The translations under genes and the position numbers were made by a program. 64,000 bases of DNA from the human T2T-CHM13v2.0 reference genome, Homo sapiens. Location of the stretch: assembly GCF_009914755.1 (NCBI RefSeq), contig NC_060927.1; one strand, given 5' to 3'. Shown piece after piece: positions 45,641 through 56,224 of this stretch; the stretch's first letter is position 1, and every line of letters begins with the position of its first letter. The notes below the pieces were generated by a model. It had not been told where the DNA came from, did no database searches, and was given only the letters and a program-made list of their open reading frames with translations.

Positions 45641-46374
45641 TATCTAGTATTTTAAAATTCCAGAAATTCTGGAAGCCTGTTATAGAATGTTAATACACTC
45701 TAAAGGTTTATGTTTAATAAATGAATACTTTGAATATACAAACAAATACAATTACTTTTATAAGCTCATTTGGATATTTCAAAATTCAAAATGTGAATTA
45801 TTAGCATGGTAACATTAAGGGGAAAATTTCATTAAAAAAGTTACAAAAAAGTTGTGTGTGTGTGCCAACAGTGCAAGCCCAGGTCTTCAATATACTCATC
45901 ATAGCCATGCCTGGTAGATGTATACATAGTCTACAGCTTCTATAGATTTGAATGTCTTATAGCAAGTTCATTTTACCTATCATGTTTTCTGATGATGCAA
46001 TAGATATATAAGTCATGCAGAGCCATAAAAGTAATTAATGTAAGACCAAAGTTTCCTTGAGGGCAAGAATAGATCTTTCATTTTTGTATAGCCAGTGTGT
46101 ATAAAATTCCCATAATATAAAAGCAAATGATGGTTGCATAAAGAATGAATGAACAAATGTAGTTTTGCTTTTGCAAATGTGATTTAAAGAAGGACAGTGT
46201 TAAATAGTGCATTAATTTTCCTATTAGACTAGATGGTTGTTACCAAGGGCAGAACTGACTTACCTCGGTTCTTGTCAGTATTCAGAGTCTTCTTATAATG
46301 TTTTAGGATACTTGAGCATAAGGTAATATAAGTATTTTCTTGTAATATAACCCAAATGTTTTAAGGCCTCATAA

Positions 46375-47640
46375 ACTTGCTTATTTATTCAACAAATATT
46401 TTAAAACACCTTGTCTGTTCCAGATAAAATTAGGGCACTTGGATACTATAGTGGAGAAAAGGTCAGAAAAGATCTTTCCTCTTAGAAAGCTCACATTTTT
46501 TAGGAGGAAAAAGACAATAAATTTTGGAAAGGAATATAATAAATAAATAAATAATTTAAAGGGATGAATGGTGTAATGATAATTAAAATAATTTGATGTG
46601 TTGGAGTGTGGGGGGTATTTAATTTTGACTTCATGATTTTGGAAGGCATCTTGGGAAACTGATATTTAAATTGAGACTTGTGAGAAGAGAGACATGTAAA
46701 GATTACAGGAACCCATTTCAAGCAGAGGGGGCACTTTGTGTGAAGGCCTCAAGAAAAAAGTGAGCTTAGCATATTTAAAGAAGAGACAGAAGGCCAGAGT
46801 GACTACAGCAGGTTGGGAGAGAGAAAGAGTAGGATGAGATGTATTAGGAGACCAAGAGAATGCTTTGTCATGCCGAGCTTTATAAATCAGGATAAGGAGT
46901 TTGCATTTTAGTGTAAATGATGAGAAGACATTTGAAGTGAGTAAAGACTTGATTAGACTTCTATGTTTAAAAGATAATTAAGAGTGCTATTTGAAAAATC
47001 AATTTTAGAAGGACAGGGGCAGTCTGGAAAGGCAACAATCAAAACTTTGACTTGAATCCATTAGGAGTAGGAGTGGAAAGAAAATTATAGCTTCAAAAAT
47101 ACGCTCTGTAGGTTGAGTCTGCAAGATTTGCTGTTAAAACTGATATGGGATATTAGTAAAATAAAAAATCAAGATTAATTATTAGATATTTGGCTTTTGT
47201 AGTAGGGTGGATGGTGGTGGTATTTACTGAGATAGAGACAACTGGGGAACAAAAAGTTAAAGCAACTTTCCATTGTTAATTTTAAGATTCTTATCAGAAA
47301 TACATGTGGAGAAATATATTTTATATATGTGATATTAAAAAATCTGTATTTCAGGAAATGGTCAGGGCTAGGAATAAAGTGTCATTAACATATAGATGTT
47401 ATTAAAATGTCATGAGATTGAATGAGACGATTTAGGGAAATTTTTCACTTAGGGACTAGAACTGGTCCAAGAATGAGCCATAGTGCACTTCAATATCTCA
47501 AAGTTGAATAGAAGAAAAGGACCTACTAAAAGGGACTTAGAATAAATCAATGAATTAGGAAGAAAAGAAGCAAAGCATACAGTCACAGTAGCTAAGAGAA
47601 GAAAGGGTTCAAGAAGAAAAAATATCAAAAGAAAGCAAGA
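46375..47640 (-). mobile_element. L2 LINE
   Basis: Begins ttattcaacaaatatt (reverse complement of the L2 3' end); ggatggtggtggtatttactgagata. Confidence 0.75.
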
Positions 47641-47758
47641 GAGTAAATAATAAAAATGTGACTGTATTAGGGTCTCAGCAAGAAATAGATGGCATATGCA
47701 AATTAAGGTAGTTCAAGAAGATTTAGTAAAAAGAATTTTTACAGAGATATTTACCAAT

Positions 47759-48143
47759 TGTCAGTTCATTTTATGCTGCTATAAGAGACAAGCTTAGATT
47801 GGGTGATGTATTAACAGGAATTTATCATCACATGGTTCTGGAGGGTGGGAAGTCCAAAGCACTGCCATCTTGTAAGTGGCAAGTGCTTCTTGCTGGATCA
47901 TCACATGGTAGAAAGGTGAAAAGAGAGTGTGTGTGTGACAGAGAGAGAGAAAGAGAGAGGTAAAGAGGGGGGCAAACTCATTCCTTATAAGGAAACTACT
48001 CCTGCAATAAAGGCATTAATCCATTGATGAGGACAGACTCCTCATGGCATAATCACCACTTAAAGGTCTCACTTCTTAATACTGTCACAATGGCTATTCA
48101 ATTTCAACATGAGTTTTGGAGGAGACAAACATTTCATCCATAG
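47759..48143 (-). mobile_element. MST-family MaLR solo LTR nested in an older LTR-like sequence
   Basis: tgctgctataag...ggttctggagggtgggaagtccaa...atttcaacatgagttttggaggagacaaacatt. Confidence 0.75.
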
Positions 48144-48318
48144 TACCAGGTGTAAGGGAACTGCAAGGATTAGTAACAACAAAGTTTTACTGTTAGATCC
48201 AAAGCAACCAGAGGATATAGTGGTTATAGAATGTGAAGGGAGTTTCCTATAATGAAGTCTATTATTTTTAAAAAGTAGCATTGGTCAAAGAACACAACTT
48301 ACAAGTCCTTGTGAACAG

Positions 48319-48709
48319 TGTCAGGCCTCTGAGCCCAAGCTAAGCCATCATATCCCCTGTGACCTGCACGTACACATCCAGATGGCCAGTTCCTGCCTTA
48401 ACTGATGACATTCCACCACAAAAGAAGTGAAAATGGCCTGTTCCTGCCTTAACTGATGACATTATCTTGTGAAATTCCTTCTCCTGGCTCATCCTGGCTC
48501 AAAAGCTCCCCTACTGAGCACCTTGTGACCCCCACTCCTGCCTGCCAGAGAACAACCTCCCTTTTTCCTTTACCTACCCAAATCCTATAAAATGGCCCCA
48601 CCCCTATCTCCCTTCACTGACTCAGCCTGCCTGCACCCAGGTGAAATAAACAGCTTTATTGCTCACACAAAGCCTGTTTGGTGGTCTCTTCACATGGACG
48701 CAAGTGAAA
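48319..48709 (+). promoter_or_regulatory. 5' LTR7 (HERV-H LTR promoter/enhancer)
   Basis: tgtcaggcctctgagcccaagc start; duplicated atggcc.gttcctgccttaactgatgacatt; TATAAA at ~48586; AATAAA at ~48645. Confidence 0.93.
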
Positions 48710-48711
48710 TT

Positions 48712-48729
48712 TGGTGCTGTAACTCGGAT
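48712..48729 (+). other. Primer binding site complementary to tRNA-His
   Basis: tggtgctgtaactcggat versus TGGTGCCGTGACTCGGAT (2 mismatches). Confidence 0.92.
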
Positions 48730-48847
48730 CGGGGGACCTCCCTTAGGAGATCAATCCCCTGTCCTGCTCTTTGCTCCGTGAGAAAGATCCACCTACGTTC
48801 AGGTCCTCAGACCGACGACCCCAAGAAACATCTCAACAATTTCAAAT

Positions 48848-48856
48848 CCGGTAAGC
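48848..48856 (+). other. HERV-H leader splice donor
   Basis: ccg|gtaagc about 140 nt downstream of the 5' LTR. Confidence 0.75.
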
Positions 48857-49314
48857 AGCCTCTTTTTAGTCTCTTCTCCAACCTCCCTCACTATCCCTCA
48901 ACCTCTTTCTCCTTTCAATCTTGGTGCCACACTTCAATCTCTCCCTTCTCTTCATTTCAATTCTTTTCATTTTCTGGTAGAGACAAAGGAGACACGTTTT
49001 ATCCGTGGACCCAAAACTCCTGCACCGGTCACAGACTAGGGAAGGCAGCCTTCCCTTGGTGTTTAATCATTGCAGGGACGCCTTTCTGATTGTTCACCCA
49101 GGTTTCAGAGGTGTCAGACCACACAGGGACACCTGCCTTGGTCCTTCACCCTTAATGGTAAGTCCTGCTTTTCTGGGGGAAAGGCAAGAAACCTAACCCC
49201 TTCTCTCCATGTCTCTACCCCTTCTCTGCTTTTCTGGGGGAGGAGCAAGAACCCCTCAACCCCTTCTCCTTCACCCTTAGCGGCAAGTCCTGCTTTTCTG
49301 GGGGAGGGACAGGA

Positions 49315-49450
49315 ACTCTGACCTCTTATCTCTGTGCCCCGATCCCTTATTTCCACCCCCCAACCTCTTATCTCTGTGCCCCGATCCCTGATTTCTGTGC
49401 CCCGACCTCTTATCTCTGCACCCCAACCCCTTATTTCCGTGCCTCGACCC
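49315..49450 (+). repeat. HERV-H leader tandem repeats (~21-bp units, cttatctctgtgccccgacc)
   Basis: Also visible as repeated RS/QPLISVP peptides in the ORF track. Confidence 0.85.
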
Positions 49451-49649
49451 CTTCTCTGCTTTTCTGGAGGGCAAGAACCCCCCACCCCTTCTCCGTGTCT
49501 CTACTGTCTTTCCTCTGGGCTTGCCTCCTTCACTATGGGCAAGCTTCCACCTTCCATTCCTCCTTCTTCTCCCTTAGCCTGTGTTCTTAAGAACTTAAAA
49601 CCTCTTCAACTCTCACCTGACCTAAAATCTAAGTGTCTTATTTTCTTCT

Positions 49650-52600
49650 GCAATGCCACTTGACCCCAATACAAACTCGACAGTAGTTTCAAATAGCTGG
49701 AAAACGGCACTTTCAATTTTTCCATCCTACAAGATCTAAATAATTCTTGTCGTAAAATAGGCAAATGGTCTGAGATGCCTGACATCCAGGCATTCTTTTA
49801 TACATCGGTCCCTCTCTAGTCTCTGTTCCCAATGCAACCCCTCCCAAATCTTCCTTCTTTCCCTCCCACCTGTCCCCTCAGTCCCAACCCCAAGCATTGC
49901 TGAGTCTTTCTAATCTTCCTTTTCTACAGACCCATCTGACCTCTCCCCTCCTCACCAGGCCAAGCTAGGTCCCAATTCTTCCTCAGCCTCCGCTCCTCCA
50001 CTCTATAATCCTTTTATCACCTCTTCTCACACCCAGTCTGGCTTACAGTTTCGTTCCGTGACTAGCCCTCCCCCACCTGCCCAGCAATTTACTCTTAAAA
50101 AGGTGGCTGAAGCTAAAGGCATAGTCAAGGTTAATGCTCCTTTTTCTTTATCTCAAATCAGATAGCATTTAGGCTCTTTTTCATCAAATATAAAAATCCA
50201 GCCCAGTTCATGGCTCATTTGGCAACAACCCTGAGACGCTTTGCAGCCCTAGACCCTAAAAGGTCAAAAGGCCGTCTTATTCTCAATATACATTTTATTA
50301 CCCAATCTGCTCCCAACATTAAATAAAACTCGAAAAATTAAATTCCAGCCCTGAAACCCCACAATAGGACTTAATTAACCTCACCTTCAAGGTGTACAAT
50401 AATAGAGTAAAGGCAGCCAAGTAGCAACATATTTCTGAGTTGCAATTCCTTGCCTCCACTGTGAGACAAACCCCAGCCACATCTCCAGCACACAAGAACT
50501 TCCGAACGCCTAAACTGCAGTGGCCAGGCATTCCTCCAGAACCGCCTCCCCCAGGAGCTTGCTACAAGTGCCAGAAATCTGGCCACCATGCCAAGGAATG
50601 CCCACAGCCCAGGATTCTTCCTAAGCCATGTCCCATCTGTGCGGGACCCCACTGGAAATAGGACTGTTCAACTCACCTGGCAGCCACTCCCAGAGCCCCT
50701 GGAACTCTGGCCCAAAGCTCTCTGACTGACTCCTTCCCAGATCTTCTCGGCTTAGCGGCTGAAGACTGATGCTGCCCGATCACCTCGGAAGCCCCGTAGA
50801 TCATCACAGACACCGAGCTTTAGGTAACTCTCACAGTGGAGGGTAAGTCCGTCCCCTTCTTAATCAGTATGGAGGCTACCCACTCCACATTACCTTCTTT
50901 TCAAGGGCCTGTTTCCCTTGCTTCCATAACTGTTGTGCGTATTGACAGCCAGGCTTCTAAACCTCTTAAAACTCCCCAACTCTGGTGCCAACTTAGACAA
51001 TACTCTTTTAAGCACTCCTTTTTAATTATCCCCACCTGCCCAGTTCCCTTATTAGGCCGAGACACTTTAACTAAATTATCTGCTTCCCTGACTATTCCTG
51101 GACTACAGCTGCATCTCATTGCTGCCCTTCTTCCCAATCCAAAGCCTCCTTTGCGTCCTTCTCTTATATCCCCCAACCTTAACCCACAAGTATAAGATAC
51201 CTCTACTCCCTCCTTGGCGACCAATCATGCACCCCTTACCATCTCATTAAAACCTAATCACCCTTATCCTGCTCAATGCCAATATCCCATCCCACAGCAT
51301 GCTTTGAAAGGATTAAAGCCTCTTATCTTTTGCCTGCTACAGCATGGCCTTTTAAAGCTTATAAACTCTCCTTACAATTCCCCCATTTTACCTGTCCTAA
51401 AACCAGATGAGCCTTACAAGTTAGTTCAGGATCTGTGCCTTATCAACCAAATTGTTTTGCCTATCCACCCCATGGTGCCAAACCCATATACTCTCCTATC
51501 CTCAATACCTCCCTCCACAATCCATTATTCTGTCTGGATCTCAAACATGCTTTCTTTACTATTCCTTTGCACCGTTCATCCCAGCCTCTCTTTGCTTTCA
51601 CTTGGACTGACCCTAACACCCATCAGGCTCAGCAAATTACCTGGGCTGTACTGCTGCAAAGGTTCACAGACAGCCCCCATTACTTAAGTGAAGCCCAAAT
51701 TTCTTCCTTATCTGTTACCTATCTCAGCATAATTCTCATAAAAACACACGTGCTCTCCCTGCCGGTCGTGTCCGACTAATCTCTCAAACCCCAACCCCTT
51801 CTACAAAACAACTCCTTTCCTTTCTGGGCATGGTTGGATACTTTCGCCTTTGGATACCTGGTTTTGCCATCCTAACAAAACCATTATATAAACTCACAAA
51901 AGGAAACCTAGCTGACCCCATAGATCCTAAATCTTTTCCCCATTCCTCTTTCCATTCCTTGAAGACAGCTTTGGAGGCTGCCCCCACCCCAGCTCTCCCT
52001 GACTCATCCCAACCCTTTTCATTACACACAGCTGAAGTGCAGGGCTGTGCAGTCAGAATTCTTACACAAGGACCGGGATCGCGTCCTTTTTGTCCAAACA
52101 ACTTGACCTTACTGTTTTAGGCTGGCCATCATGTCTCTGTGCAGCAGCTGCTGCCACCCTAATACTTTTAGAGGCCCTTAAAATCACAAACTATGCTCAA
52201 CTCACTCTCTACAGCTCTCATAATTTCCAAAATTGATTTTCTTCCTCACACCTGACACATATACTTTCTGCTTCCCAGCTCCTTCAGCTGTACTCACTCT
52301 TTGTTGAGTCTCCCACAATTACCATTGTTCCTGACCCGGACTTCAATCCGGCCTCCCACATTATTCCTGATATCACACCTGACCCTCATGACTGCATCTC
52401 TCTGATCCACCTGACGTTCATCTCATTTCCCCGCATTTCCTTCTTCCCTGTTTCTCACCCTGATCACGCTTGGTTTATTGATGGCAGTTCCACCAGGCCT
52501 AATCACCACACACCAGCAAAGGCAGCTATGCTATAGTACAAGCCACTAGCCTGCCTCTTAGAACCTCTCATTTCCTTTCCATCATGGAAATCTATCCTCA

Positions 52601-53300
52601 AGGAAATAAATTCTCAGTGTTCCATCTGCTATTCTACTACTCCTCAGGGATTATTCAGGCCCCCTCCCTTCCCTACACATCAAGCTCAGGGATTTGCCCC
52701 CGCCCAGGACTGGCAAATTTGCTATTCTACTACTTCTCAAGGATTATTCAGGCCCCCTCCCTTCCCTACACATCATGCTCAGGGATTTGCCCCTACCCAG
52801 GACTAGCAAATTAGCTTTACTCAACATGCCCTGAGTCAGGAAACTAAAATATCTCTTGGTCTAGGTAGACACTTTCACTGGATAGGTAGAGGCCTTTCCC
52901 ACAGGGTCTAAGAAGGCCACCATGGTCATTTCTTCCCTTCTGTCAGACATAATTCCTCGGTTTGGCCTTCCCACCTCTATACAGTCCAATAGCAGACCGG
53001 CCTTTATTAGTCAAATCAGCCAAGCATTTTTTCAGGCTCTTAGTATTCAGTGAAACCTTTATATCCCTTACAGTCCTCAGTCTTCAGGAAAGATAGAACA
53101 GACTAATGGTCTTTTAAAAACACACCTCACCAAGCTCAGCCACCAACTTAAAAAGGACTGGACAATACTTTTACCACTTTCCCTTCTCAGAATTCAGGCC
53201 TGTCTTTGGAATGCTACAAGGTACAGCCCCTTTAAGCTCCTGTATAGACGCTCCTTTTTATTAGGCCCCAGTCTCATTCCAGACACCAGACCAACTTAGA
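49650..53300 (+). pseudogene. HERV-H gag-pro-pol remnants with multiple stops and frameshifts
   Basis: CYKCQKSGHHAKEC zinc knuckle at 50560-50601; protease-like PVPLLGRD; RT LDLKHAFFTIPLH...FAFTW; integrase region at ~52600-53250. Confidence 0.9.
52627..52812 (+). repeat. 93-bp tandem duplication in the HERV-H integrase region
   Basis: tgctattctactact...caggact[g/a]gcaaatt occurs twice. Confidence 0.93.
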
Positions 53301-53886
53301 CTGTGCCCCAAAAAACTTGTCATCCGTACTATCTTCTGTCTAGTCATACTCCTATTCACTGTTCTCAACTACTCATGCATGCCCTGCTCTTGTTTACACT
53401 GCCAGTTTTCACTGTTTCTCCAAGCCATCACAGCTGATATCTCCTGGTGCTATCCCCAAACCGCCACTCTTAACTCTTAAAGTAAATAAATAATCTTTGC
53501 TGGCAGGACTATGCTGAACCTCCTTACGCACTCTCTAATCAGATAGCCCAGGTCCTCCCAATTCTTAGTCCTTTAGTACCTGTTTTTCTCCTTCTCTTAT
53601 TCCATTTAGTTTTTCAATTCATACAAAACTGTATCCAGGCCTCACCAATAATTCTAAATGACAATTGTTTCTTCTAACAACCCCACAATATCACCCCTTA
53701 CCACAAAATCTTCCTTCAGCTTAATCTCTCCCACTCTATGTTCCCACGCTGCCCCTAATCCCACTCGAAGCAGCCCTGAGAAACATCGCCCATTCTCTCT
53801 CCATACCACCCCCCAAAAATTTTCACCTCCCCAACACTTTACCACTATTTCATTTTATTTTTCTTATTAATATAAGAAGACAGGAA

Positions 53887-53937
53887 TGTCAGGCCTCTGA
53901 GCCCAAGCTAAGTCATCATATCCCCTGTGACCTGCAC
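53887..53937 (+). mobile_element. 3' LTR7 stub (first 51 bp only)
   Basis: Matches 48319-48369 with 1 mismatch, then similarity ends abruptly. Confidence 0.95.
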
Positions 53938-53987
53938 TCAGCAGATCTGGCTGTGAGGTCCTTTCTCCTGCCTCATCTCTTCAGGAT

Positions 53988-54076
53988 GTATATATCTATA
54001 TCTATATCTATATCTATATCTATATCTATGTCTATGTCTATGTCTATGTCTATGTCTATGTCTATATCTATATCCA

Positions 54077-54123
<47 letters not shown>

Positions 54124-54124
54124 A
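53988..54124. repeat. Compound microsatellite (TATATC)n(TATGTC)n(TATC)n
   Basis: Directly visible. Confidence 0.97.
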
Positions 54125-54470
54125 TTTTTTGCAGTGGAGCAAGAGAGACGAATACCTGAGTTACCTAACCTGAGATAAATGAAACAAGACTGCAGTGACG
54201 AGGAGCAACTGCAATTCTCCTTTACCTCCCACATCCAATGTATGTGCTTCACAGAAAAATGACAAAAATAACAAATCCACAAAATACAACAGCTAGAATT
54301 ACAAGATCCATTTATCCAAGGGTGGTAGAAGGCAGGAAGGAAAGGTGAGAGGGTAAGTGTCACAAGGAGAAAAACAAAATACTCAAATCAGTCCAGGCAT
54401 AGAGAAAATAGCTGCAGAAAAACCTTTGGTCGTTTCAGACTCAATGGTGGTGTTAAAATTCCACGCACTG

Positions 54471-54758
54471 GGCCGGGCGCGGTGGCTCACTCCTGTAATC
54501 CCAGCACTTTGGGAGGCCAAGGTGGGTGGATCACCTGAGGTCAGGAGTTCGAGACTAGCCTGGCCAACATGGTGAAACCCTGTCTCTACCAAAAATGCAA
54601 AAACTAGCTGGGCATGGTGGCGGGTGCCTATAATCCCAGCTATGCGGGAGGCTTAGGCAGGAGAATCGCCTGAACCTGGGAGGCAGAGGTTGCAATGAGC
54701 CAAGATTGCGCCACTGCACTCCAGCCTGAATGACAGAGCAAGACTCCGTCTCAAGAAA

Positions 54759-54795
<37 letters not shown>
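54471..54795 (+). mobile_element. Full-length AluSx-like element with (TAAA)n tail, inside the EI24 pseudogene 3' UTR
   Basis: ggccgggcgcggtggctcac start; TSD aaattccacgcactg (54456-54470) / aaatccacacactg (54796-54809). Confidence 0.95.
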
Positions 54796-54797
<2 letters not shown>

Positions 54798-55237
54798 ATC
54801 CACACACTGGTGCCAGGAAGATCCTGCCTTACAGGCACCAGAGACAAACATTCCAATTCCTCAGAGAGAAGAGAATAGCAGAGGGCCCTTGGCAGAGTGG
54901 GTCCTGCCTTCCCTGGCAGGGGGAGGTGAACAGGGTAAAGAGCTGCCACAGTCTCCTCCAATCCCACCCATCTCCTTTGGATGTCAGGCAGCTCCACGGC
55001 CTGCAGCAGCCTTCAGTTTGGCAGGAGATAGATGTGGTGATGGGAACTTCTCTGCAGAATTTGAGCTGCTCAGGACAGACTGCAGGTAGACTGCCTTGTG
55101 GAAGAGTCTGTTGCTTAACAAGACCACCGAGGAGAAGAGGCACAACTGGAAGAGGCTGATAATATATGAGGGCTGCAGTGCTGTGAGAAAAGCCAAGGGC
55201 AAACCAAATCCAAAGTAGTAAGGCCAATTCCTTTCTA

Positions 55238-55396
<159 letters not shown>

Positions 55397-55865
55397 CTAC
55401 AGCAAAAGGGCGAACACCATGTCAGTAAAAGGATGAAGACCATGTCAGTAAAAGGAAGAAGACCATGTCAGCAATTCCCACTAAGGACTGGGTGAGGCTT
55501 TCTCCCTGATACCTCAAATGCCAGGTCAACTGTATCCTGGAATCAAATGGCATTCACAACTTTGCAAAGCACAAACCAGTGGAGCACCCAAAGAGCACTG
55601 GAAATTGACGTGAGGAAGAATTCCAGCCATGAGCAAACATCTCCATGTAATGATCAATAAATCGGTCACCAATAAATCGGTCACCAATAAATCGGGCTGT
55701 TACTGACTGAAGCACAGGAATAAACACCCCATGAAACAAGAGGAGATTGAAGCCCATTCTAAGGGCAACACTGGAAAATTCTGCTAACAATACATGGCTC
55801 ACTTTCTTGCTTCCACTCTATACTCTGGGCTGTTTTCTGTGCTAGGAGCCTACTTGCCCTTCTGG

Positions 55866-56224
55866 GCGCAGTGGTCCCGGCCCTGGGAGCACCCTGGTGG
55901 GGCTGGCGGCCAGGGGTGGAGGAGCTTATCGGGGCAATGGGTGGGCGAGGGGACTGGCCAGAGACCTGGTGGTGGAGCGAGTCCTTCATGATGAGAGATC
56001 TGGGGACACTTCTGTCTTCTCTGTGTAGTTGATAGTGTGGGTGGTGAAGAGATGGTTTACTGACTGTGTCAAACCTTTCTCCAGGACCTGGACAGGAGAA
56101 TCAAAGACTCCATCTGGGGTGTTTTTACCATCTCAAAACTAGATGCTCAAATCCAGCAATAGGGAGAGGCGCAACGTCGAAGAAAGGCAAGTAGTGTCCT
56201 AGCCCAGAGAAGGGCCCAGGGTAT
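55866..56224 (+). pseudogene. EI24: EI24 processed pseudogene, inverted 5' segment (5' UTR plus N-terminal codons)
   Basis: GC-rich UTR, gagATGg at ~56072, then ttctccaggacctg..atcaaagactccatctggggt..accatctcaaaactagatgct (FLQDL..IKDSIWG..TISKLDA). Confidence 0.9.

Larger units (their letters stand above)
48319..53937 (+). mobile_element. HERV-H provirus (deleted pol/env form) with a truncated 3' LTR
   Basis: LTR7, His primer binding site, gag CCHC knuckle, pro/pol remnants, polypurine tract aagaagacaggaa (53874-53886), then 51 bp of 3' LTR. Confidence 0.96.

Noticed and set aside
36170-46270. Isolated strong splice donors (- strand at ~36178, ~41648, ~46263; + strand at 39668)
   Set aside because: I found no convincing paired acceptors or coding frames; a few such matches are expected by chance in 64 kb.
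48712-48729. tRNA-His gene
   Set aside because: Only the 18-nt retroviral primer binding site is present; there is no cloverleaf.
48592-49663. ORFs with repetitive peptides (GTEIRGRG / PLISVPR)
   Set aside because: These are translations of the HERV-H LTR and leader tandem repeats.
55866-56000. Host CpG-island promoter
   Set aside because: The GC-rich patch is explained by the retrocopied EI24 5' UTR.
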